NCBI GenBank assembly: GCA_021613535.1
Contig: CP075493.1
Coordinates: forward strand, 17,484,001 to 17,548,000
Direction of reading: 5' to 3'
DNA length: 64,000 bases
Origin: Adineta vaga
Taxonomy: Eukaryota; Animalia; Rotifera
Numbering within the stretch: the first letter of the stretch is position 1; each line of letters starts with the position of its first letter. Below the pieces are notes generated by a model. That model saw only the letters and a list, made by a program, of their open reading frames with translations, ran no database searches and was not told where the DNA came from. Position numbers and translations under genes: made by a program. This document shows, one piece after another, positions 1-14,200 of this stretch.

Positions 1-330
1 TAGAAAAAGAAAATCTACATATTCAAATGATACTTTACGTAGAATATCTATTTCATCAAAAAACCAATTAAATGTTTCTGTTTTTATTTTGTTAATAGCG
101 AGGAAATTACTGAACACAAGAAGAGAACATTTTTCTAAATGACATGTCCTTAAAACACAAATTGTCATTTTCCATTCGAAATGAGTTTCTTACAGAATAT
201 AAATTAAACCTACGCGTACATATTGAGTTGATCTTCATATCTAAGAACGTAAGAGGTAACGATTCGAGTATTCGAATTTTAAAAACTTTGTCTTTGTTCT
301 GTACCGTCCAGTACCCACACCCTCAAGATT

Positions 331-639
331 ATGGAAGAAGAAACCGCAATTGGTAAAGCGCATGAAACACAGTGGCTAGTTAAAGAGCTACTGAAGGTAA
401 AACATCATAGTGCAATTATGAAAACTTGCGAAATATCTCAAACGAGTGGAATTCCGGCTGCTATTGGTCAGATGTGCGCGTCTATCTTTACACGAAAGAC
501 TCATTCTGGTATAAATTGATTAATCTTGTTCTTCGTACATCCAATGATTGGTCTCGTACACAGTTCAAAAGATTAGAATCTTTTTGTTGGCTATTACAAT
601 GTTACCTCCATGAAAACAAGACATCTCACATTGAAACAG
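331..639 (+). pseudogene. ADP-ribosyltransferase (ART)-like gene fragment, frameshifted and truncated
   Basis: ORF 331-519 (…IPAAIGQMC) joins ORF 426-719 (VYLYTKDSFWYKLINLVLR…WLLQCYL) across an extra GC near 478. YTxDSFxYxxxNxxLR is typical of ART-domain proteins. Homology stops at the hairpin at 640. Confidence 0.6.
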
Positions 640-692
640 TTGAGGGTGTGGGTAAGATAGATACAAATAATCAACCCCACCCACAGCCTCAA
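640..692. repeat. Telomere-like hairpin element
   Basis: ttgagggtgtgggt…cacccacagcctcaa. Confidence 0.8.
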
Positions 693-2323
693 GATGGAAT
701 AGAAATTATCATCAAGTAAATCTTCTTTTGATTCACCATGAAGACTAACAACAATTAGAGCACCGTAATAATGACAAGCATCATAAGCTTCAAATTCTCT
801 ATGAGGGCGTGAGTGTGGGTGTGGATGAGATACTACCATCACCCACACCAACACCCGCATTTTTGTTTTTCATTAGAAATCTTTTATACGTCATTTCGTA
901 GGTTAGGGGAAAAAAATGGAACGAAGAAAATGCAGATAAACCGATCAAAGTGACGGCTATAGTTTGTTTATGATTTCAATGAAAGTCATGTCTTTGTCTG
1001 GAGCAAATTCCATGTTAATTATGCAAACATTTAAAAATCAAATATTTCTTTATTTATGCAGCTAATATTGAAAAATCTGATTTTATAAACAAAAGAAAAC
1101 GGTTTTAGATTACCCAAAATTCATTTCAATTATTCTTCATAGAATTACATCTTTATATAATATGCTTTGATAAATAGTTCAAGCATGAAGAATGGATTTA
1201 TGTATATAAATGAGATCGAAATAGAATTGAGAACAACGTAGTAAAAGAACTTTTGTTGCTAATTGATTTTCTTCGAAAAAAATTGTTTACACTACGGAGA
1301 AGAAAGTTCTTTTCTGGACATGTATGTGACTCATTATCGAGAGGAAAAGAGCGGAATCGTGATTCCCGGATTCCGCTCTTTTCCCCCTGCTTATATCATC
1401 GAGAATTTACTTGTTTATTTACTTTTGATTGTTAAAAAAATTTTCATCGAAACTATATGTAATGATTTTATTCAAAATTGGACAAGTAGTCGATCGAGAG
1501 TGTATAGTACGAGAAATGACGACGCGCAAGAAAAAGAATATAAAGAAAAAGAGAATAGCTACTTTCTTGCATTTTGGGTTTTTAATCAAGCCAGTAATGT
1601 GTCTTTGACTTCCAAATTATCACTGGTATCGTTCAACAAATTGAAAAGCAACAAAATATTTTCACTTATTCGCAATAATATTCATTGGTTTTTTAAAACT
1701 ATAGATTATCATCAAACAAGTATTAAACAAGTAATCTATCGATGTTACCCAGTTTCTATATAGAATAGTTTCTCAATATTTGTCTTATGAGAAACGTCTT
1801 TCTTAGAATGAGTTATTTTTATTATCAGATTTTATTTTGAATCAAGAAAAAGTTGTACATTACTGATCATATATCATTCAAGTCGTTATTTTTCACTTCT
1901 CTTGGAAGAGATTCATATAGAAATAACACGAATATGAGATTAATTCTGACGATCGTGTCAAACAGTATCATTTAGCAAAATCCTTCTAATCCACAATGAC
2001 GTTCTCAAAGAATAAGAAAATAGAGTAACTATTTAACTCAATGATATTGCTTCTTTTTAAGTTCTCAATCCGATAGAACTATATTTATAATCAATATGAT
2101 CTAGAATTAAACCCTTAGAACTGAATTCATTTTGTTTGAAGGTTGATTTGAATTTGAATAAGTTCACTTTATTTTTATGTATGTAGACTTTAACTCCCAG
2201 ATTCTTTCTAAACAACATACATTGCACTGTGTGTAAAGAAAATTTGTCTTCGTAGGACGATTACTTTTGCCTACTCTCATGTATTTCTTCAATGAAAGAA
2301 ATATCTAAATATAAAAACATAAC

Positions 2324-2324
2324 A

Positions 2325-2353
<29 letters not shown>
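2324..2353. repeat. (CT)n microsatellite
   Basis: Direct observation, just upstream of the polycystin-like start codon. Confidence 0.9.
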
Positions 2354-2355
<2 letters not shown>

Positions 2356-2376
2356 TCTTGTTTTATTCTAGGACGG

Positions 2377-5300
2377 ATGATGATCAGTAGATTGCTTTTC
2401 ATTTGGTTAATCGGACATGTGTCCATTATTAAAGGTTCTCATTTCCGTGGCGGACTAATTACATGGTTAATTACTAACAATTTCAATTTGCTTTCTTTGA
2501 AATATCTGTTTTTCTAGGTATCCTTACAATACTACTCCATCAGGTAGTTCAGTTCCTGTTATTGTACGAGAACGATGGTCATGGCGTCGTAGTGCATACT
2601 CTCCTGCCTGTTCTGACGCTACCATTGCTGCACAAACACCTAAAATTGGTGATGCGTCCACGCTGGCTTGTGTGTCTGGTACCTGTGGTGCTCATTGGAC
2701 TGGTATGACTGTACTAACATCCTGTACTGATTTTGATGTAGATCTCGATGTTGCCTCTGGTGAATATTATCAAATATTTACAATACCACTCAATATTTCA
2801 TTCAGTATTGCTTTTGCTTCGAGTGCTTGGTTTTCCAATATGATTGTAGGAGGAGGTGGAAGTTGGGCTATTGTCAGTCGAATCAGAACTATTATTCGTT
2901 CAGATGGTTATTTAAATACTAGTCCTGTTCCATTTTCCGTACCTATTATCTATAAAGAAGTTGGTATACAACATGTCCATGTTGTGCAAATGTTTGATTT
3001 AGATAGAACTGATATATTAAAATGTCGATGGTCTATTGGATCAACAGCTAATATAAACGGATATGATGAATGTGGTGGTGTGTGTAATGGTATACCTGGT
3101 GCTATTCTTATTGGAGAAAACTGTACAATTGTATTCACACTTACATCCGCTAATTTGTACGCTGCAGTAGCATTGCAAATTGAAGACTTCTACAATGCTG
3201 CAGCAGTTACAGCAAACACACCGATGAGTTCTGTTCCTGTTCAATTTCTTTTCTATGGTTATACTGCACCCGCTGCTTGTTCGACTCCACCAGTCATTAT
3301 TAACAATCAACAAAATCAAAGTAATTAATGATATTATTCAATGAAATTTTCTTAGCTGTAATTATTTCTTTTTAGCTTGTATTGGTATCGCACCTGGTGA
3401 TAATATCACTGAAATTGTTGTTGCACAAGTAATATGTCCTGGAAAGAGTATTGTCAAATTTATTTCCAGTACACCAATCGGTATGAAGAAAAGCAACATT
3501 CAGAATCCAAGCACTGGTTAGTGTATCTTTTGTGGTTTCATGGTTTTGTTTTCTTTTATACTAGATTTCTAGGTATCTATCATCTTGTGATCAGCTGGAT
3601 TCCAATTGGTTCTCAATATGGTCCGCAGGGTGTTTGTATGGCAGCAGTTGATAATACACAAGTGCAATCGAATCAGTGGTGTATCACGTACTTAGTTGGC
3701 CACCAGTCATTCAGTCCTCTGCTCCGACCAACGTTGATACAAGGTTCTACTTTGCCTGTTGGTACTATCTTTCAAAATCATACTGTCTTCTCGATCCAAA
3801 GTAATACTTATCACAATGATATTGAATAGAAAAATAATATTTCTCTGATATTTTATCATTAATCTATTTTTTAAGCGTCAATCTCTGTTAATCGTCCAAT
3901 ACGTACTGGTACTTATATTTACTTTTGGGATGCTACTCTTGGTGGTGTTCTTGTTCAAAAATATGATTGTAGCTGGCAATCAGAAGTGACATACACTAAT
4001 TCTACCATTGTCATTCGTTTTCCTATTGCACCATGGATTCCTGGACATTCCTATTATGTCACATTTGACGGTGGTATGTACCAGCTTATTCTTATGGCAT
4101 TGTATTTTTGTGTATTTATTTATCTTTACTTGATTTTAGGTGTTGTTAATGATATACGAGTCTGTAGTAAGTAAAAAATATATTGATAATATCAATTAAG
4201 AAAATGATTGTAGGTTTTGAATCTGCACCAGTCAATAATTTAACATTTTGGGTTTTTACCATTTGGAATTCAGGAATATCATCATCATCATCATCAACAA
4301 TATCAACTGAAATTAGTACTTCGGTAACGTTCATTAATATTCTTACTTTCAATTTTATATTAGACTTCATTATTGTTAATAGTTGACAACAATGGCATCT
4401 TCGACTATAGCACGTAAGAAAAAAAAATTGATTCTGAATCATTATACAACAGTATATAGATAGAAGAATGTAGATGTGAATAAAGAAAAAGTCATACACG
4501 CACCTCCCGACATCCTTATACAGAAAAATAACTAACATGATAATAAAGCAAACAGAGACTTCTTGAATTGTTTGCTATTTTGATTATTTTAGCATGTCAT
4601 TCACCAACAATAACATTAATATCGAGCATAACCACATTATCATCACCAATTCAATTTCGTCGAAATCTAGATTTTACAATAGTTTCATCAATTCAATTCA
4701 ATTGTAATATTTCATTTTTGCTGAATATCCAATGGACAATAAAGAATTGTACTTCATCTTGTTTACATCAGATCGTAATCGATCCAACCATAATAACAAC
4801 ATTTAGCGAATTATATATTCCAGCACGAACTTTACTATACGGTCTATATGAAATGAAATTAACTGTCACTATGATTAACATGACAAATGTATCTTCATCA
4901 GCAGTTGTTTATGTTCAAATTACTTCATCAGATATAATTGCAAATTTATTTCAATATGGAACATCAATGATTACACGTGGTAATCAACAAGATCTTCAAT
5001 TGAATCCAGGAAGCTACTCTGTTGATCCTGATGAAAATATATTTAATGCTTCCGTAAGCTTATAGTATAAACATCTAATTGTTTTAATCATCTCATTTCT
5101 TGTATAGAATTGGAATTATAAATATTTTTGTCGAATTTATGCTTCATCAATGTTTCCAAATCTACAAGGTTCATTGTTGACAGTTGATGATATGAGAAAT
5201 GATTCATCAAATCCATCATGTTTATCATTGAATCGAACAGGATGGAAATTTGATAATTCTCTCAATTCATCATTCACAATTCTTGCTGGTTCATTGCAAT

Positions 5301-8300
5301 CCAATCGAACATATCAATTTATGGTTCATATGGAAAACCGTCGTAATTCTTCTCTTCAAGCTATTGGTTATGCACTTGTTAAAGTTGAAGATACTCGTCC
5401 ACAGACGATTCTAATTAGGTATATTCTTATTTTTTGTTTCTCAAAAATAAATCCTTAATTATAGTTGTGTCATATCAATATCGTGTCAACCAAATTTAGA
5501 ATTTCAACTTGTGAATCCAACGACTCAAGTAGCTTTATTTTCAGTATGTGCTGAAACTTGTACAACAATTCAAAATATTACATGGTATGTTTATTATGGT
5601 ACAATAAATTCATCGTCGAATTTGACTAAATGGACATTATTTAATCAAACGGTGTCTTATGAAAATAGATGGTTTTTTGGTAAATTTTATCTTTTTGTTT
5701 TATTAAAACAAAATTTCATTGATATTTTCAGGTATGAATGAAAGTAATTTCACTACTTCAAATCAATTATTTTTAGTCAATTCACAAATTCATCTTTGGC
5801 GATTTGAAGTTGTTTATACGTTCATGTGGGAAACAAGTTCAAGTTCATTAAATTTTCTTATCAATCAAACACCATCGAATGGTTCATGTTCAATTCATCC
5901 TAACAATGGAACAACAAATACTCTATTCAATATTATATGTTTAAATTGGTTTGACGAAGATGAAATCAAAGATTATATTATTTACGGTATGTTAAGATAT
6001 TCTTTAATGTCAAACAAAATTTTCTTCGTTTTTTATTAGGTTGGACAAATGATTCAACAAAGAAAATGATCATTGCTTATTCATCAGTATCTATATTTCA
6101 ATTACAATTACCAGCTGGAGATAATCAAACATCATTACTTCATCTAATTGTTCATATTCGAGATCAACTAGATTGTATCACTGAGTTGAATATTTCATCA
6201 GTTACTGTATTTTCTGATTTAGCAGCTATTCATAATTTAATAAATGATATTCAAAATTCATCGGAAAGAATTATTACAAATCCAATTATTCAATTACTTA
6301 CATATGGAAATCAAAATCGATTTGGGCAAATATTCACATCAATTTCACAACAATTGAATCAAATGAATAATGAAAATCTCAATAAAGCTATCTCAAGTAA
6401 ATTTTTAAATAATTAAACAAAGCTCAACTTATTCTTAATGATTTTTTTCTATAGATGGTATCTCAGCTGCAAGTATCTTCATCTCACCATTAGATGCTCA
6501 GAGTAGACAACAAATCACATCGATAACATTGAATCAATTAGTATTAAATGAATATAAGAAAGAATTAAATTCTCGTGCATCAACTCGAGAGTATCTCATT
6601 ACATACACTATTAAACTTCCTATAACAACATCGAATAGTATTAAATTACAAGCAGTATCATTAGCTCAATTAACGAAAGCAACAAATGAATTAACACGAA
6701 CGACTTTAGTAACATTTCGATCTTTTTATTTTCCTTGTCAAATCGAAGTTTAATATAGATGATTGTATCAGATCGATGTTATCGATTGGCATTGGCTTTA
6801 GATTCAATGAGAGCAAGAATTCGATATGAAGATGTTCAACTTGCAGCAACTGATCTTCTTCAATGTGCTGCTAATCTTTTGAGTGTAAGAAATACTTTCT
6901 AAATACAATTAGATAACATCTAAAGACTGTTTATAGGCTGTGAATGGACCATTACAACAACGAACAATTGTTTTAGATTTAGATTCATCAAGAGCCACAA
7001 CATTTCCTGATGATTATGATACTGATCTCGAATCAGAATGGGTCAATCCAAGTAAAATTTTATTGTATTCTACGATATCGATATTATTATTGAATGTTTA
7101 GATTTATTTGCTGATGGAAATGATTTTTCATGGGAAACAATACAAAAGAATCGAAATATTTATCATCAAAAACAATTAGCCAATCAAATAACTAATCAAA
7201 TGACTAAACTGATCACACTGTTAACTTCAGCATTGAATATTCATCTGAATATTGGACAAAATATCATTGTTGAAACATCACAAGTATTGATGTCATTAGA
7301 AACAAAATATAGTCAATCACTTTCTAATCAATTTACAAAACAAATTGGAAATGGTCAAATTCAACTTCCTGAAAATTTCAATAGTTCTTATCTCACTAAT
7401 AATGAACATATATCTATTCGAGTAAATTCATTATTATAGCTTGTGGAATCATTTTTCGATAATCTTTTTTTTTTTCTAGTCTATGATGGATACATTAGCT
7501 TCGTTTGGTAATTCAAAATCAACATTAAACACAAATCTATCAAGATCAATATCATTTTCCATTTTTGATTATAATCAAAATGAAATTCCTATTCGAACAA
7601 TGATGAATCAATCTATTGAAATTATTATTCCTCGTGATCCTAATCTTATCATTCCATCGATGACCTTACAAAATGTTACATCAATGGATTCTACCCCTCA
7701 TCATCTCATCTTTCATTATCAGTATTTGAATTTATCTTCATCACTTCCAATTTCAGTTCATTGGGAAATTCAACCATTGAATACAAGTATTGGTTATTTA
7801 TTCATTTATAAATTTGATCAAATACCACAATTGAATAGTTCATACAATCAAATCGATGGATGGACACTTCTTTGTCCTTCGTTAAATTTGACAAATGAAA
7901 GTCTTTATACATATTTTATTAATAATGAACAAACAGTTAATCATCAATCAGTAATCTTTGGTTTACGAGAACTCAATGCAACAGAAATCAGTCAACGATG
8001 TTCGAATCTTTCGATCATTAATCCTCCAATTACTAATGAACGATTTAATTTTACATCAAACTATCAACTAAGAGTTTACACTTCAGGTTGTTATTATCTC
8101 GATAAAAATAATCAATGGAAATCTGATGGATTAAAAGTCGGTCCGTTGACAAATCGTAGACAAACTCAATGTTTTTCAACTCATTTAACAACATTTGCTG
8201 GTGGCTTTGTTATTTTACCTGAATCAATAAATTGGAATTATGTTTTTGCTAATGCTGATTTTATGAAAAATAAAACTATTTATCTAACTGTTATTTGTGT

Positions 8301-11300
8301 CTCAGTCATTTACATTATTTTAATTATTTATGCACATTATTATGATAAGAAAGATGTAGAAAAATTAGGTGTAACAATCTTACCTGATAATCATCGAGAA
8401 GATGAATATTTTTATCAGATTATTGTTTTTACTGGTCAACGAAAAGATGCTGGAACGAATTCGAATGTAAGATGAAAAGAGAGATGATCTTCTAAATTTC
8501 TATGCTCTTATATATAGGTTCATTTTGTCATTCATGGCGATGACGATGACACAACGATTCGAACATTTGTTGATCCTCATCGTCAAATTTTTCAACGTGG
8601 TAGTGTTGATGCATTTCTTATGGCTGTTCCAAAATCTTTAGGATTATTGAATTGTATTCATATTTGGCATGATAATAGTGGCAAAGGTTCATCGTCGTCA
8701 TGGTTTTTAAAATATTTAATTATTCAAGATTTACAAACAATGGAAAAATATCATTTTATTTGTCAACAATGGTTTGCAGTAGAAAAAGATGATGGAAAAG
8801 CAAGTCATTACACTTTCAAATATCATTTATTATCTAATTTTCAAAATAGATTGAACGTATTTTACCAGTAGCAAGTGAATTAGAGAAACGTCAATTTTCA
8901 TTTCTATTAACTAAACGAACTTATCAAAGTGTCTCTGATGGTCATTTGTGGTTTTCAATTTTTTGTCGTCCACTATCAAAACAATTTACACGTGTTCAAC
9001 GATGTACATGTTGTTTTGTTCTTCTCTTTATTGCAATGTTTTTGAATATCATGTATTATGATTTATCAAATGAAGTAAAATCAACAAAAACAATTAGTTT
9101 ATCATTTGGTTCACTTTATATTACACCTCAACAAGTATATGTCAAATTTTCTCATTATTGATTTTAGTTTTTGACATATACGTATATATTTAAGATAATT
9201 ATTGGTGTGATTGTGGAATTATTTGCATTAATTCCAAGCCTATTGCTTGTCCAATTATTTCGTCGTCTACGTCCTCGGCAAAAACAACAATCACCCATTC
9301 GTCAAGCTTTGTATAAAGTCAAATCACCTCTTCAAAAGTTTGTAGAAAATTCCATATAATCAAAATGTTTTTGTTTACATTCTTTTATTCTAGAGAAAGA
9401 GATATTCATTCGAAGAAATCATCATTGATATTTCCTTGGTGGTGTATCTTTGTTGCTTATGGATTATGTATAATCTTAGTTGGTCTTTCGATTCTATTTA
9501 TTATTGCTCGTGGTATTGAATTTGGTGATGAAAAATCTCAAAAATGGTTAACATCTATTTTGAGTGGCTTCTTTTCTTCGATTCTTTTTACTCAACCATT
9601 AAAAGTAATATTTGAATCTGCTCAGATTTGAATGAAATGTAAACGTTTTTTGTTGTAGATTATATCATTGGCCATCTTGTTCGCTTGCTTTTGTAAAGAA
9701 TCAAATGATGATAAAGAAGCAAATGAATTGTTGGATGATAATCAAATAGGTTTAGATGCTGATGAAGAATATCTTCATACAATTAAAGTTTGTCTATTAG
9801 ATTGGATACTTCTTAGTTTGATAGAGATAAATATATGTATTTATAGAAAAAATCTTTGTTTACTTATCGATCTCCAATTCGTGCTGATCGTTTGAATGAA
9901 ACTGAAGTTATTCATCTTCGTCATCAACGTTTGAAAGAAATTCAAATGTGGTCATTTATAAAAGAAATCTTGATTAATTTATGTTTTCTATCACTTCTAT
10001 ATGTAATTATTTATTCTAATCGTGATTCAAATGCATTTTTACAAGTTAATCATCTTCGAAAATATTTTCTTAATTCAAGACAAATCGATTTAGATTATAC
10101 AAAAGTTTGTTTCTTTTCGAAAGATTTTGCTTTGTTTTTACCGTATTGTTAATTTAGATTTCAACAATCAATCAATATTGGGATTGGTTGGAGAATAGTT
10201 TTGTTGATAATCTTCGTGCACAACAATGGTATAATGGTGAATCGCCTCGAAATCTCAGTGGTTTTATTAATGATAAATCGAATCGATTAATAGGATGGGC
10301 AACAATGAGACAATTACGTATCAAAACTACAACATGTCAAGCACGAAATCCAATCTCTTCTACATGTCAAAATGATTACAATTCCCTCAATGAAGATAAA
10401 CATTCTTATGCACCTGGATGGAAAAATGAAACATCACAGATCTATAATTTATTTATTGATCAAGCATTTATTTATCAATCCGCTGATAAATTAGATACAT
10501 ATATGTATGTAGGAGATCATGGTAGTTATAGTGGTAGTGGTTATGTTTATGAATTTCGTGGTCGTCGATCGGAACTTCAAAGTAATCTCTCTCAACTTCA
10601 TCAACTTGGATGGATTGATAATCAAACACGAGCTATGATTATTCAATTAACTTTGTATAATCCTAATATTCAATTATTTACTTCAGTTACTTTTCTGACA
10701 GAATTCTTATCCTCGAGTGGCATTTTTCCTAGTGCTCGTTTTGAACCCATTAGTTTTTATGGTAATTTCATTTCTTTTCAAAAATAAATAAGATACTTCA
10801 CTTTTATTTTAGCATTTACATTAGCTTATCAATTGATATGTACAATTATTTACATGTTATTAATCTTATATTTTATGTGGATTGAAATAAAATTATTAAT
10901 TCAGTTAAAATGGAAATATTTTCATCGATTTTGGTCTTATGTTCAAGTTGGAATTATTGTTTGTTCATGGACAAGTGTTGCTATTTATATTTGGCGTTAT
11001 CATGAATGTCAACGAATTGGAAAATTATTTTCAGAAACGAATGGATATGTTTATATTAATTTACAATTAACTTCATATATTAATGATATTATAACATATT
11101 TATTAAGTTTTTGTTGTTTTTTTGGAACAATTCAATTAATCAAATTGTGTTGTTTTAATCAACGTCTTTATTTATTTATTCAAACTCTTCAATATTCTGC
11201 TAAAGAATTATTATCATTTTCAGTGATGTTTGCTTTTGTATTCATATCATTTCTTTGCCTATTTTATTTATTATTTATTTCAAAATTACCTGAATGTTCA

Positions 11301-11843
11301 AGTTTATTAGGAACAGCACAAATGTTATTTGAAATGACATTAATGAAATTTGATGCACATCAATTAAGTGGAGCTGAAGCATTTCTTGGACCATTTTGTT
11401 TCAGTTTATTTATTGTATTTGTTGTATTTGTTTGTATGAGTATGTTTATATCAATTATTAGTGATAATTTTCGTCAGGCAAGAGAAAATGCCAATGATAA
11501 AAATGATCAAATGTTCTCATTCATGTTCGAAACATTTCTACGATGGACAGGTAATGTATAGAATTGAATTTCATCAAAAAAAAGAATATTTGTTGTCTGT
11601 TCAGGTTTGAAAAAAGCAACCGAAGAAGAAATTCAAACTGAAAGAGATGCACGAATGCGTTCAGAATATTATGATTCAATTGAACGATTTCCAGAGAAGA
11701 TTGATCAATTGATGAATGCATTGAATCAAGTATGTCGTCTTTCTATTTTTAAATAAAAAATATTTATTATTTTCGATTATGATTAATAGATTTATATAGA
11801 TCAAAAAACAGAAGAATTAATTTTACAAGAAACAAAAGTCTAA
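2377..11843 (+). CDS. Polycystin-1-like (PKD1L/PKDREJ-type) multi-exon gene: signal peptide, SHFRGG-type N-terminal domain, REJ, GPS, TM, PLAT/LH2, polycystin cation-channel domain
   Basis: ATG 2377 MMISRLLFIWLIGHVSIIKGSHFRGGLITW. REJ-like exons 4592-7421. GPS motif CYYLDKNNQWKSDG…TQCFSTHLTTFAG. PLAT motif IHIWHDNSGKG…WFLKY…WFAVEKDDG. FTRVQRCTCC. Channel domain WIDNQTRA…YNPN…LGPFCF. Stop TAA 11841-11843. Junctions checked were in phase. Confidence 0.93.
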
Positions 11844-12322
11844 TTATTGCTTTTAATTAATAATCGAGTGATAAACATTTCATTTATTTATCCTTATTGA
11901 ATGTATTTATTTAAAATGCTTTTGTTTTTCTTCCTCGCGTAATCGTCTGCAATGACTTATAAAACTTCCTACAATAAAAAAGGCACCGTTTTACTTTAGT
12001 AAGTGTTATTGAAGAGAATGAATACCATTGAGAATTACACGTATAAAAGTAATTGACAATAAAAGTGACACACATGTTTGTGCACAATTATTAGCTGAAG
12101 AATTTGCTGCACATAACCCATCTTGAGGGTGGGTATGCAATAAATACTCACAGTCACATCCACACCCATATGGTCCACAATGCAGAGATGTCCACATTGA
12201 AACGTCTTAGTGTAATAGAGAATGTCTTTTTCTAAACATTTTATTCGATTCGAGTACAGATTCTTAATCTTCATGTACTTTTATATATGTTATTCAAAAA
12301 TATTCAAAATTTTTGATGTCAT

Positions 12323-12870
12323 CTATTTTTTACACCAAATAAAAATAATTGTGAAAACGAAAAGAGCTATCCAAACATCGGCGCTAATTACAATACCAAA
12401 TGCTCCTTTGAATAGTGTTGAATCACAATAATTAGAAGATGTTACATCATAAAAGTCAGCATATTGATATTTATTCAAAACCCAGGCATTACCTAAACAC
12501 CAAAAGACAAAACTTCCTAAAAAGCAGGCAACTGCTCCCAGTAACATGTGATTGCCGAGATCTGAAAAATCCATCGAAACTGACCCTTTGACTCTGCCGT
12601 CTTTTTATCTACTTGTTCATTTATAACTCGACCGCCTTGCCTAGTTTGTGTAGTTACAAGATACGTAGTAGGATTAAATCCACAGCAAGGTGAAATTATA
12701 CAAAGAACAATCCATCCAAGATCGACAAGTCCACCATATAGTAAGTATGTTATTACTTGCGTCTCAACAAAACAATCTCGATGTAACGTTTGCGAGTAGA
12801 GGACAAGTTTAGATATTGCTAAACCAACGTAAATGATAGCTACAATTATACTTGCCGTTAATGTGAACAT
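12323..12870 (-). pseudogene. TMEM272-like multi-pass membrane protein with one frameshift near 12550
   Basis: Two overlapping ORFs (12517-12870 and 12323-12574) with no room for an intron. C-terminal part has FWCLGNAWV…NYCDSTLFKGAF, resembling TMEM272. Could be a sequencing error. Confidence 0.55.
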
Positions 12871-13199
12871 TCTAAGAGTCTAGAATACTTAACGGAGGAA
12901 TTCATCTGATATCTGTTCTCATATCTACATACTTATTTCTAATGGTTATATAATCTTCCACTTCTTCTTTCCTATAAATACAAACGAAAACATTTTACAT
13001 AGAAACTTGTGTATGTCAGAGACAAGATGAGAATTTAGGAGGGTGAGTATGGGTGTGTTTGTAGGTTATACTTTTCTTTTCACCCACACCCACACCGTGT
13101 ATTTGTATGGATGAAGACAATTTTAGATGAAGTTGTATTTGTTGAATACACCAATCATCAAAAAAGCATTCAAGAGTAGATTGAAGTTATAATTCAATG

Positions 13200-14200
13200 C
13201 AATAACATCCTCTATAGAATCCTGGAATTCGAAATGATAATCCTTCGGAAGAATCATCGTAAATATTCAATCCAAATAATCAATACTTGACATCAATGTT
13301 GCACAGGATTCGCTAAGCAACATTACAGCGTTGATAGAAAACTTACCATTATTTTCGGCGAAAACTAAAAACTTGGTTAACACATTACTTTAGAGAAGAA
13401 TGCCTCATGTTGCACCTCAAATTGTCCAGAAAGATAATAAGAAATTTGGTATTCTTAATGATTTAAATTGATCAGTTATTGCTTTGATTTCTGACTGTAA
13501 TAAATCAATTGGTACAACAGATAAACTTACATATTGAATTGAATAAAATTCTATTGAATTATTAGATATTATTTGTCTGACTAAATTACAAAATTGTTTT
13601 AATCCTTGAAAAGTATTCATGGTTATAGATAGGGATGTAACAATACCAATACAGTATTGAAGTATTGGTATCAGTATTGGTGGTATTGGTAGTATTGGTA
13701 TTAGTACCCAGGTCTACAAATCCGACAACGGATCCGATAGGATCTTATAGAATCCACTCATCCTACGTAATCCTAGGGTATGGGTGGGTATGGGTTAAGA
13801 GCATAGCCTTATATACACTCGCCCTCACCCAATACCAATACCAGTAGTATTGGTATTGTTACATCCCTAGTTATGGAACGAAAATCATAAATATTCAAAT
13901 CATCTAGACATTGATTGGTGATTAAATAATTCGAACAAACTTGATTTATTGTATAGTTAATACTAAGAATTTGTTGATATTTGTTTACATGGACATGTTA
14001 ATGTTTGTGAATATTTTAAATGTAATTCATTATATGTTATATAAGAGAAGGTGAATCAATTATAATAGTTTTTGTTATAGTTGAGAATACATAATGAGAG
14101 TATAAGTAAGAAAATAAATAATTTTGTTGATATTATTTCATTTTTAAGTTGATGTTGATCAATTCATGGAAATAAATTGAGATTTTCCCAAAATTTATTC
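13200..14200 (-). pseudogene. Decayed member of the 2-TM Cys-rich module family (same family as 57727-63326), interrupted by a MITE
   Basis: Minus strand reads NLNLFP…NEIISTKLFI…YNELHLKYSQTLTCPCKQIS, then MNTFQGLKQFCNL… (13417-13620), with stops and frameshifts. Confidence 0.65.
13630..13869. mobile_element. hAT-type MITE with nested sequence
   Basis: 23-bp TIR TAGGGATGTAACAATACCAATAC / GTATTGGTATTGTTACATCCCTA. 8-bp TSD gttataga / gttatgga. Confidence 0.85.

Noticed and set aside
1253-1763. 166-aa and 60-aa ORFs
   Set aside because: No recognisable motifs, non-ATG starts and AT-rich composition; probably chance.
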